Part shown: positions 9,603-17,719 of the stretch, piece after piece
How the letters are laid out: each line of letters starts with the position of its first letter
How positions within the stretch are numbered: position 1 is the first letter of the stretch
Origin: Polyangiaceae bacterium
GTDB taxonomy: Bacteria > Myxococcota_A > Polyangia > Polyangiales > Polyangiaceae
Assembly (NCBI GenBank): GCA_035063585.1
Contig: JAPSGB010000053.1
Span: 1 to 29,913 of the forward strand
Length of the DNA stretch: 29,913 bases
Direction of reading: 5' to 3'
Made by a program: the position numbers and the translations under genes
The notes under the pieces: model-generated
Told to the model about the DNA's origin: nothing
The model's input: only the letters and a program-made list of their open reading frames with translations
Database searches by the model: none

Positions 9603-10223
9603 TCACTCCTCGGGCGGGAGAAATGGCTCCCGGGCGCGCGACACGCGGAGCGTGCCGTCGTTCGCCTCTTCCACGAGCACGTCGGCCCCCGCCTCGAGCG
9701 CAGCTTCCTCGTCGGTGACCGCGAGGTAGTCGATGCTCTGCCCCTTGAGCTCGACTCGGACCTTTCCGGGCTGCTCCTTCGAGAGGGAGACGAGCACCTT
9801 GCCGACCTGACCCACCGCGTCGGTGTCCCCGGCCCCCGAGGAGGAGCCGGTGCGGATCAGCACGGAGATGAGCCACGCCGCGAAGTAACCGGAGGCGAGG
9901 CCCATCCCGGTCGCGAGGAGCGGCGTCAGCAGGGCCCCGGCGCGCACGACGTACTCGAGGAGCGCGCCCGAGAGCCCGAACGCGAGCAGACCGAAGGTCC
10001 AGAAGCGGAGCGAGAGGACGATCGCCGCGAACCCGCCCGCGTCGTGCGCGGCGTCGTGCACGTCACTCACGTGCCCGCCGCTCACGTGCCCGGCGCCGAG
10101 GTGGCCGGCGTCGAGGTGCCCGCCGTCGACGTGCGCGTCGGCGTCGGCCTCGTGCCCCATCAAGAGCTGCACGGCGAGGACCCCGCCGCCGATGATGAGC
10201 GCTGCGATGTAGAGGATGCCCAC
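9603..10223 (-). CDS. NfeD-like (YuaF/YqiJ-type) membrane protein with C-terminal OB fold
   Basis: Hydrophobic helices, His/Asp-rich loop, LSLRFWTF, C-terminal VGQVGKV...GKVRV...G.DVLV; directly upstream of flotillins. Confidence 0.85.
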   Translation of the reverse strand: MGILYIAALIIGGGVLAVQLLMGHEADADAHVDGGHLDAGHLGAGHVSGGHVSDVHDAAHDAGGFAAIVLSLRFWTFGLLAFGLSGALLEYVVRAGALLTPLLATGMGLASGYFAAWLISVLIRTGSSSGAGDTDAVGQVGKVLVSLSKEQPGKVRVELKGQSIDYLAVTDEEAALEAGADVLVEEANDGTLRVSRAREPFLPPEE

Positions 10224-10229
10224 GCCGGC

Positions 10230-10235
10230 ATGGTA
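10230..10235 (-). promoter_or_regulatory. Putative -10 box (TACCAT) of a leaderless nfeD-flotillin transcript
   Basis: TACCAT, 6 nt, then GTG start; no Shine-Dalgarno sequence. Confidence 0.5.
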
Positions 10236-10333
10236 GCGCGGGGCGCCCGGCTCGTGCCGGGGGAATGTGGGCCGGTCCGGCGCGAGCCCGCGCGGGCCGG
10301 CCGGCGCTCCGCGCGTGCGCGCGCGGCTCGTTC

Positions 10334-10342
10334 TGGTAGCGT
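10334..10342 (+). promoter_or_regulatory. Putative extended -10 (TGgTAGCGT) of leaderless hemB
   Basis: TGnTAnnnT, 6 nt, then ATG 10349; no Shine-Dalgarno sequence. Confidence 0.55.
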
Positions 10343-10348
10343 CGGCGC

Positions 10349-11320
10349 ATGCGCGCGCGCCCCCGTCGAAACCGAAGGACCGCCGCCACCCGCGGCGCCA
10401 TGCGAGAGACCCACCTGTCGGCCGAGCACCTCGTCCTCCCGCTCTTCGTGCAAGAAGCCGCCGGGACCACGCCCATCGCGAGCATGCCCGGACAGGCGCG
10501 CCTCGGCCCCGAGGCGCTGCTCGAGAAGGCCCGCGAGGCCCACGCGCTCGGGCTCGCCGGCGTCGCGCTGTTCCCGGCGCTCGACGCCGCGCTGAAGAGC
10601 CCCCGCGGAGAGGAGAGCACCAACCCGGACGGGCTCCTGCAGCGGAGCGTCCGCGCCCTCAAGGAGGCGGTGCCGGAGCTCCTCGTCATCACCGACGTCG
10701 CGCTCGATCCCTACTCGTCCGACGGTCACGACGGAGTCGTCATCGACGGCCGCATCGACAACGACGTCACCGTGCCGATCTTGGCGGCGATGGCCGTCGC
10801 GCAGGCCCGCGCGGGCGCCGATCTGGTCGCGCCGAGCGACATGATGGACGGGCGCGTCGGCGCGCTCCGCGCCGCGCTCGACGACGCCGGCTTCACCGAG
10901 GTCGGCATCCTCAGCTACTGCGTGAAGTACGCCTCCGCGTTCTACGGCCCGTTCCGCGACGCGCTCGACTCCGCGCCCAAGAGCGGCGACAAGAAGACCT
11001 ACCAGATGGATCCCTCGAACCAGCGCGAGGCCCTGCGCGAGGTCCTGCTCGACGAGGCCGAGGGCGCGGACTGGCTGATGGTGAAGCCGGGGCTGCCGTA
11101 CCTCGACGTGCTCCGCCTGGTGCGCGAAAAGAGCACGTTGCCGATCGCCGCCTATCACGTGAGCGGCGAGTACTCGATGCTGCACGCGGCCGCGAAGCAC
11201 GGCTGGCTCGACTATGATCGCTGCCTGCTCGAGAGCCTCGTCTGCCTGCGTCGCGCGGGAGCAGATCTCATCTTCACCTACGGCGCGCTCGACGCGGCGC
11301 GGCTGCTCGCCCGCGGGTGA
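10349..11320 (+). CDS. hemB: Porphobilinogen synthase (delta-aminolevulinate dehydratase)
   Basis: RPRRNR, DVALDPYSSDGHDG, APSDMMDGR, KYASAFYGPFRDA, KKTYQMD, MVKPG, AYHVSGEY. Confidence 0.98.
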   Translation: MRARPRRNRRTAATRGAMRETHLSAEHLVLPLFVQEAAGTTPIASMPGQARLGPEALLEKAREAHALGLAGVALFPALDAALKSPRGEESTNPDGLLQRSVRALKEAVPELLVITDVALDPYSSDGHDGVVIDGRIDNDVTVPILAAMAVAQARAGADLVAPSDMMDGRVGALRAALDDAGFTEVGILSYCVKYASAFYGPFRDALDSAPKSGDKKTYQMDPSNQREALREVLLDEAEGADWLMVKPGLPYLDVLRLVREKSTLPIAAYHVSGEYSMLHAAAKHGWLDYDRCLLESLVCLRRAGADLIFTYGALDAARLLARG

Positions 11321-11338
11321 CGCCGGCGCGAGGCTGCG

Positions 11339-14266
11339 CTACGCGGAGGGCTCGCGGGGCTCGAGGTCGCCGGGCGGCGTGAGCCCGAGCACCGCGAGGT
11401 AGCTCTCCCGAATCGCGCGGGTGGTGGTCGCGTAGCGGGCGAGCAGCGCGTCGCGAGCCGGCGCGCCCGACGTGTCGGGCATGCCCATCCGGCGCGCGAG
11501 CCGCGCGAGCCCGGGCGACCCCGCGTCGATGGTGGTCGAGCCGGCGCCGTGCAAGACGTGGATGCGCTGCTCGAGGCGTCGCAGGAAGCGGTAACCGTCG
11601 CGCAGCGTCTCGAAGTCACGACGCGGCAGGTAGCCGAGCGTGCCGAGCGCCTCGAGCGCCTGCAGGGTGTCCGGGGTCCGCACGCGAGGGTCGCCGCCGT
11701 AGCGCATCTGCAGCCACTGCGTGCAAAACTCGATGTCGAGCAGCCCGCCGTGCCCCGTCTTCAGGTCGTGGCGGCCCGGGCGCTCGCGCGCAAGCTCGGC
11801 CTCCATGCGCAGCCTGAGCCGATGAAGCTCCTCCGGCGGGGGCGCGCCGCGCTCGTAGGCGGCGGCCTCGGTGACGCGTAGCACCCGGGCGCCGAGCTCG
11901 CGATCTCCGGCAGCGAGCCGCGCCCTGAGCAGCGCCTGCCGCTCCCACGCCGCCCCCGACGAGGTCACCGCCGGGCCATCGGCGCGGAGCTCGCCCGCGC
12001 CGGACAGGCCGTGGTAGCGCGCGAAGGACTCGAGCGAGGTGACCAGGAGCCCCTGCGCTCCCGAGGGACGCAGCCGCGTGTCGAGCTCGTAGCCGGGCCC
12101 CGCCGGGTGCGGCTCGGAGATGAGCCGGATCACGCGCTGCGCGACGCGGACGAAGTGCTCCGCGGGATCGCGCTCGGGAGGCGCGGCCGCGGGATCGTAG
12201 ATGAAGAGGACGTCGAGATCCGAGCCGTAGCCGATCTCCATCCCGCCGAGCTTGCCGACCGCGACCACGGCGAGGCCGCGCGCGCCGCCGAGCTCGAAGG
12301 CGACCGCGCGCTCGAGCAGCTCGTCGGCGAGCTCGGACAAGATCCGCGTGGCCTCGCGCGTCCCGATCCCGTCGGCCAGATCCGCGACCGCCACCTCCAC
12401 CATGACCCGCCGCTTGGCGCGACGGGTGGCCGCGACGAACACGTCGCGAGGCTCGCCGCCCTCCTCGCGAGGGCCCTCGAGCGCGGCGAGCTCGGCGGCG
12501 ACCGTGGCGCGCGCGTTGGACGGCGCTCCGGCGCCGAGCAGCACGACATCCACCAGGTCGGGCCGGCCCACCAGCGCGTCCCCCACGAACACGCTCGAGC
12601 CGAGCACCCACGCCAAGCGGCGCATCGCGCGCTGATCCTCGGCGAGCGCAGTGATGTACGGCGCCGGCGAGATGAAGCGGTGAAAGAACGAGCGCAGGTA
12701 GAGCGCGGCCTGCTCCGGATCCGGCGAGGCGACGAGCGCGTCGATGAGCTGGTCGGCGAACTCCGGATGCCGCTCGCGGGTGAGCTCACCGAGCAGCCCG
12801 TCCGGTCGCTGCATCATGGCGCCGAGGTGCAACCCGACGTCGCTACTGCCGAAGAGCTCCGCGCAGGCGGCCGGGAGCTCGGGATCGTGGCGCGCGACCC
12901 GGGCGAGCAGGAGCTGGTAGCGCGGCGGCGGATGAGGCGCCTCGGGCGCCAGCGACGCGAAGAGCTCGCTCACCAGCGCCCGCGCGCGCGCGAGCGCCGC
13001 CTCGAGCTCATGCGGGTCAGCGAAGCCGAGGCTCCGCGCCAAGCGCTCGAGCTCGCGCGGCTCGGACGGCATCAGGTGGGTCTGGATCCCGCTCATCCAC
13101 TGGATCCGGTGCTCGGCGCGACGGAGCAACTGGTACGCGTCGGCGATGTGCCGCGCCTCGCGGTCGGTGACGAGGCCGCGACTGCGTAGCCGAGCGAGCG
13201 CGCCGAAGGTGGACGTTACGCGCAGGGATGGCTCGCGGCCGCCCCAGATGAGCTGCAGCGACTGCACGAAGAACTCCGCCTCTCGGATGCCGCCGGGCCC
13301 GAGCTTCAGATCCCGGTCCGGCGCGTCACACAGCTCGACGCGCGCGCGCTCGGTGAGCTCCGCCATCGCGGTCGCGATGGTCGGATCCACGTCGCGCCGG
13401 TACACGAAGGGCAAGATCACGTCGTGCTCGAACAGCTCACCGAGCGCGAGATCTCCCGCGATCGGGCGCGCCCTCGAGAGCGCGGCGCGCTCCCACAGTC
13501 GCCCCCAGGTCTCGTAGTAGCGCTCGGCGGCGGCCACCGAATTGACCACCGGGCCGCGCGAGCCCTCGGGCCGGAGGCGCAGGTCGACGCGCCAGATGAG
13601 CCCGTCCTCGGCGGGCTGCTCGAGGTTCGCGGCGGCCCGGCGCGCCACGCGCGTCCAGTAGTCGTGCAGCTCGACGCCGTCCGCGCCGTCGTCCGTGTCG
13701 ATGATGAAGAGGACGTCCACGTCCGAGCCGGCGTTGAGCTCGAGCCCGCCGAGCTTGCCCATCCCGAGCACGACCAGGGACGAGCGGCCTCCGCCGGCAC
13801 GGAGCGGCTCCCCGAAGCGAGCCACGGTCGCCGACTCGGCCTCCGAGAGCGCGACCTCGAAGGCGGCTCCGGCGAGATCGGAGAGCTCGCCGGCGGTCAC
13901 CGCGATCCCGGCGCCCCCCAGGCTGGGCGGCAGCACCTCACGCAGCGCGATGCGCGCCTTCTCGCCCCACACCGCGCGCCGCAGGTTGATGAGCGCCTGC
14001 TCTCCTTGCGAGAGATCACCGGTGGCCGCGAGCAGGCGGCCGACGACGTCTCCCCGCTGCCGCGGCACCCGCCAGCCCTCGCGCGCGATCCGGTCGATGG
14101 CCTGCCGCTGCCAGAGGTGACGAGGAAGGAGCGGCGGATAGGCCGTGCCGAGCAGGATCCCGAGCTCGCGGCCCTCCCCCGCCCACGCCTCGCCCAGAAC
14201 CTCGCGCGCGCGCTCACGATCGATGTGCTCGGCCAGCGCGAGGAGACTGCCCGGGGAACGCGCCAT
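11339..14266 (-). CDS. glnE: Bifunctional glutamine synthetase adenylyltransferase/deadenylase
   Basis: Two nucleotidyltransferase repeats: MGKLGGLELNAGSDVD...VDLRLRPEG...WERAAL...KLGPGGIREAEF and VGKLGGMEIGYGSDLD...DTRLRPSG...WERQAL...KTGHGGLLDIEF. Confidence 0.96.
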   Translation of the reverse strand: MARSPGSLLALAEHIDRERAREVLGEAWAGEGRELGILLGTAYPPLLPRHLWQRQAIDRIAREGWRVPRQRGDVVGRLLAATGDLSQGEQALINLRRAVWGEKARIALREVLPPSLGGAGIAVTAGELSDLAGAAFEVALSEAESATVARFGEPLRAGGGRSSLVVLGMGKLGGLELNAGSDVDVLFIIDTDDGADGVELHDYWTRVARRAAANLEQPAEDGLIWRVDLRLRPEGSRGPVVNSVAAAERYYETWGRLWERAALSRARPIAGDLALGELFEHDVILPFVYRRDVDPTIATAMAELTERARVELCDAPDRDLKLGPGGIREAEFFVQSLQLIWGGREPSLRVTSTFGALARLRSRGLVTDREARHIADAYQLLRRAEHRIQWMSGIQTHLMPSEPRELERLARSLGFADPHELEAALARARALVSELFASLAPEAPHPPPRYQLLLARVARHDPELPAACAELFGSSDVGLHLGAMMQRPDGLLGELTRERHPEFADQLIDALVASPDPEQAALYLRSFFHRFISPAPYITALAEDQRAMRRLAWVLGSSVFVGDALVGRPDLVDVVLLGAGAPSNARATVAAELAALEGPREEGGEPRDVFVAATRRAKRRVMVEVAVADLADGIGTREATRILSELADELLERAVAFELGGARGLAVVAVGKLGGMEIGYGSDLDVLFIYDPAAAPPERDPAEHFVRVAQRVIRLISEPHPAGPGYELDTRLRPSGAQGLLVTSLESFARYHGLSGAGELRADGPAVTSSGAAWERQALLRARLAAGDRELGARVLRVTEAAAYERGAPPPEELHRLRLRMEAELARERPGRHDLKTGHGGLLDIEFCTQWLQMRYGGDPRVRTPDTLQALEALGTLGYLPRRDFETLRDGYRFLRRLEQRIHVLHGAGSTTIDAGSPGLARLARRMGMPDTSGAPARDALLARYATTTRAIRESYLAVLGLTPPGDLEPREPSA

Positions 14267-14375
14267 CCGGCGCGAGTGTTCTCGATCCCGGGCGCCGAAG
14301 CCAGGCTCGGGCGAGGACTTTCGCGCCGAGGCGCGCGACGCGGCGCGCGCTTTGAGCTAAGGAAGCGCGAGGCTC

Positions 14376-15029
14376 ATGCGGTTTCTTTGCGTCTCGGACA
14401 TCCACGGCAACGCCCGGGCGCTCGACGCCGTGCTCGCGGAGGGTGACGCCCGCGGCTTCGACCAGCTCGTCGTCTGCGGCGACCTCTGCTTCCCGGGCCC
14501 GGAGCCGCTCGCGGTGTGGAAGACCCTGGTCCAGCGCGGCGCGCTCTGCGTCCAGGGCCTGACCGACCGCGCGGTGGCGCGGGTGGATCCGCAGAAGCTC
14601 AGCGCCACCACCGAGGCCGAGCGGCAGCGCATCGCGCGGCTCCGCGCGGTCCACACGGAGCTCGGCGAGCTCATCGTGGCGCGCCTCGGCAAGCTCCAGA
14701 CGGTCGCGCGGCTCTCCCTCGAGTCGGGGCACGCGATGGTGGTCGTCCACGGCTCGCCCGCCGATCCGACCGAGCCCATCTCGTTCGATCTGACCGACGA
14801 GGAGATCGGCGCGCTGCTCGGAGACGACCCGGGCGAGCTGGTCGTCTGCGGCGGCAGTCACGTGCCGTTCGAGCGCCAGCTCGACGGGGTGCGCGTCGTG
14901 AACGTCGGCTCGGTCGGAGAGGCCCCCGGCGGCGAGTACGCGCACGCGACGCTCGTGACGAGCAGCCCGCTCGGGGTCCTGGTCGAGCAGTTCGAGGTGC
15001 CGCTCGCGCCCCCCGAGCCGGGCTCGTGA
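14376..15029 (+). CDS. YfcE-like metallophosphoesterase with altered metal-binding motifs
   Basis: SDIHGN, CGDL, VHGSP, NVGSVG present; GNxD appears as GLTD and GHTH as GGSH. Confidence 0.88.
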   Translation: MRFLCVSDIHGNARALDAVLAEGDARGFDQLVVCGDLCFPGPEPLAVWKTLVQRGALCVQGLTDRAVARVDPQKLSATTEAERQRIARLRAVHTELGELIVARLGKLQTVARLSLESGHAMVVVHGSPADPTEPISFDLTDEEIGALLGDDPGELVVCGGSHVPFERQLDGVRVVNVGSVGEAPGGEYAHATLVTSSPLGVLVEQFEVPLAPPEPGS

Positions 15030-15063
15030 AGCTCGCCCGGTCGCGGCGGGAGTAGCCCGCGGC

Positions 15064-16014
15064 TCAGCTCGCGCCGGGCGCGGTCGCCGCGTCGGGCGCG
15101 GCCACGAGCCCGGCGACGTCGGTCGGCTCCGCCGAGTCCGCGGCGAAGACGATCTCGACGCTCGGCTCGCTCCCCTGCGCGGGCTCGGGCGCCCCAGCCT
15201 CGTCGCGCGCGCCGGGCGCCGCGATGGTGACCTGGCTGGCGCTGAGCCCAGCGCTGGCGAGCGCGGCCGACAGGCGCCCCAGCCGGAGCGCGCTCTGCTC
15301 CGGCGTCGCGCTCGGGGCCGAGCCCCGCTCGGCGAGCGTGACCCGCGCGCCCGGGTGGAGCCGGCCGGCGCGTGCCAGGGCCGCGACCAGCGGCTGCGCG
15401 CCCGGCGCCAGGGCCCCATCCTCACCGAAGAGCCGCGCCCGCGGCGCGCGAAGCACCGGCTCGCCCTCGGCCAACTCGAGCGTAAGCTCTCCGGTCGCGA
15501 GCTCGTCGTGCAGGAGGAGGGACAGGTCGCGCACGACGAGCGCGCTCCGCGCGGCCTCGCGCTCCGCCTGGTAGAGGTGGGCGATGCGGGCCTCGGCCGC
15601 GTCGAGAGCGCGCTCGAGCTCCTCCTTCTGCGAAGCAAAGAAGCGCAGGTGCTCGCCGACGCGCGCGAGCTCTCCGCGGAGCTGGTCCACCCGCTGGGTA
15701 GCGTCCTTCTCCTTGCGTGACGCGAGCGTCATGTCGAGCTCGCTCTGCGCGAGCTGCTCGTCGCGGCCCTCGAGCGCGCGCTGCCGCTGGTCGAGCGCCT
15801 CTCCGAGCGCCCGGACCTCGCGCTCCATCGCGTACACGCGCTCCATGGCGTGCCGGTTCGCGTCCCGCTCGAGCCTGAGCGCGGAGCGAGCGTCGTCGTA
15901 GCGAGAGGCCGGGACCACGCACGCGGAGAAACCGAGCGCCAGCGCGACCAGCGCGCTGGCGCCCCGAAATCCACTGAGGAAGCTGGGCAGAGGCCGGCGA
16001 GATTCGAGGCGCAT
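15064..16014 (-). CDS. Coiled-coil lipoprotein with degenerate OmpA/MotB-like C-terminal domain
   Basis: Start moved to ATG 16014. Lipobox-like FSAC followed by VVPASRY, long heptad region, then GELTL...LF...VEIVF in the layout of deltaproteobacterial OmpA/MotB lipoproteins. Confidence 0.7.
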   Translation of the reverse strand: MRLESRRPLPSFLSGFRGASALVALALGFSACVVPASRYDDARSALRLERDANRHAMERVYAMEREVRALGEALDQRQRALEGRDEQLAQSELDMTLASRKEKDATQRVDQLRGELARVGEHLRFFASQKEELERALDAAEARIAHLYQAEREAARSALVVRDLSLLLHDELATGELTLELAEGEPVLRAPRARLFGEDGALAPGAQPLVAALARAGRLHPGARVTLAERGSAPSATPEQSALRLGRLSAALASAGLSASQVTIAAPGARDEAGAPEPAQGSEPSVEIVFAADSAEPTDVAGLVAAPDAATAPGAS

Positions 16015-16022
16015 GATGACTC

Positions 16023-16355
16023 TCAGGAGAGCGGGGTGCCCCGCAGGTGGCAGAGATCGAGGTGCTCGGCGAGCGAGAGCCGGTCGGCGTCGTGGATGCG
16101 GATGAACTTGAGGCACTGCCGCGAGCCGAACGAACGCACGTGCCGCCCGATGGCCCGGATCGTGCGGTGTCGTTCGGGCAGGCGGAGCTCGAGCGGGATG
16201 AGGATCCGCTCGTCGCGCGGCTGCACCGGATGCCCGCGATCGAGGACGATCCCCGTCGAGGACAGCTCGACCGCGCGGCAATGCGCGGAGAGCGTGCCCT
16301 CTCGCGCGACGACACCGAAATCAGTGCGGGCTCGGAAACCGAAGCGTCGTTCCAT
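16023..16355 (-). CDS. Stand-alone PilZ-domain protein (110 aa)
   Basis: Strong RBS GGAGGAG before ATG 16355. ERRFGFR gives RxxxR; ELSSTG approximates (D/N)xSxxG; beta-rich body and terminal helix DRLSLAEHL. Confidence 0.8.
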   Translation of the reverse strand: MERRFGFRARTDFGVVAREGTLSAHCRAVELSSTGIVLDRGHPVQPRDERILIPLELRLPERHRTIRAIGRHVRSFGSRQCLKFIRIHDADRLSLAEHLDLCHLRGTPLS

Positions 16356-16403
16356 GTGCTCCTCCAGGCTCGAATGAAATGGTAGGTCGCCGGGTCCGCG
16401 GAA

Positions 16404-16487
16404 GGCCAAGTTGTCGTCCGAGCTCCGCGCCGGGCGGCGCCTCGCGCGGCTGCGCGCCGCCCCGACCTCACGCTCGGCAACTTGGCC
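16404..16487. repeat. 13-bp inverted repeat pair in the pilZ/PBP divergent region
   Basis: GGCCAAGTTGTCG (16404-16416) and CGGCAACTTGGCC (16475-16487) are reverse complements with one mismatch. Confidence 0.7.
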
Positions 16488-16518
16488 AAGCGCGCGCCCG
16501 CGCGCGACGATCCGCGCC

Positions 16519-17712
16519 GTGCCCACTCGACCGCCAGCCCTCGTCCGGCTCGCCCCCGCGCTCACGCTCATCGCGGCGCTCGCGGCGCGGCCGACCGTCG
16601 GGCGTGCGGCCGGTGATGGCGCGCCGGCGGTCGATCTCCGGCACATCACCCTCACCGACGCGGGCGCGACCGCGCCGGTGGTAGGAGGCGGGCGCGCGGA
16701 GCTGACCCTCGACCCCGGGCTCCAGCGCGCGGCGGCCCGGCTGCTCTCGCAGGCGAACCCGGCGGCAGGCGCGGTGGTCGCCATCGACGCGCGGACCGGT
16801 CGGGTGCTCGCCTGGGCCGAGCACGGCGCCGCGCACCCCGGAGAGGTCCTCCTCGAACGCCAGGCCCCCTCCGCCAGCGTATTCAAGGTGGTGACCACCG
16901 CCGCGCTGCTCGAGCACTCCCCCGTCTCGACCTCGGAGAAGATCTGCTACGAAGGCGGGCTCCACACGGTCGAGCTACGGCACCTGCGCGCGCCGCGCGG
17001 CGGTGAGGGCGTGCGCTGCACCCACTTCGGCGTCGCGCTCGGGCACAGCATCAACGCCGTATACGCGCAGCTCGCGACCCGCTACCTGATGCGCGATGAC
17101 CTGGTGAACACGGCCGCGCGGGTCGGCTTCAACCAGAGCGTACCGTTCGACGTCCCGATCCGGCTCGGCCGCATCGAGATCCCGTACAACGACCTCGCCT
17201 TCGCGCGCACGGCCACCGGCTTCATCGACAGCACGCTGTCGCCGCTCGGCGCGACCTGGCTCGCGTACGTGGTCGCCAGCGGCGGCGCGGCGGTGCGCCC
17301 GCACATCGTACGCCGCGCGGGAGACTGGGAAGCGCCGCCCGAGCGCGAGGTGGTCGGCCGAGTGTTCCAGCCGCGCACCGCCCGGATCCTCCGGCGCATG
17401 ATGGAGGTGACGGTGAACAGCGGGACCTCGCACGAGGCGTTCACCGACGAGTCGCAGCGGAGCTATCTCCCCGGCATCCAAGTGGCCGGCAAGACCGGCA
17501 CCCTGCGCCCCTCGCCCAGCTCACCGACCACCAGCTGGTTCATCGGCTTCGCTCCGAGCAAGAGCCCGCGGATCGTGGTGGGCGTCCTCCTCGAGAACCG
17601 CCGCGTCTGGCGCCGCAAGGCGAACCAGGTCGCGCGCGACGTGCTCCGCGTTTGGTTCGCGCGAGACGCGCGGTATCCGCGCGTGACCGACCCGCTGGCT
17701 CCCGCGCAGTGA
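16519..17712 (+). CDS. Penicillin-binding protein, transpeptidase domain only
   Basis: LTLDPGLQ, GRVLA, SxxK (ASVFK), SxN (HSIN), KTG (GKTGT), SWFIGFAP. Start estimated at GTG 16519, ahead of a signal-like segment. Confidence 0.9.
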   Translation: MPTRPPALVRLAPALTLIAALAARPTVGRAAGDGAPAVDLRHITLTDAGATAPVVGGGRAELTLDPGLQRAAARLLSQANPAAGAVVAIDARTGRVLAWAEHGAAHPGEVLLERQAPSASVFKVVTTAALLEHSPVSTSEKICYEGGLHTVELRHLRAPRGGEGVRCTHFGVALGHSINAVYAQLATRYLMRDDLVNTAARVGFNQSVPFDVPIRLGRIEIPYNDLAFARTATGFIDSTLSPLGATWLAYVVASGGAAVRPHIVRRAGDWEAPPEREVVGRVFQPRTARILRRMMEVTVNSGTSHEAFTDESQRSYLPGIQVAGKTGTLRPSPSSPTTSWFIGFAPSKSPRIVVGVLLENRRVWRRKANQVARDVLRVWFARDARYPRVTDPLAPAQ

Positions 17713-17719
17713 GCGCGCG

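Noticed and set aside
16023..16898. 291-aa version of the PilZ ORF and 405-aa version of the lipoprotein ORF
   Set aside because: Extensions overlap neighbouring genes; starts at 16355 (strong RBS) and 16014 fit better.
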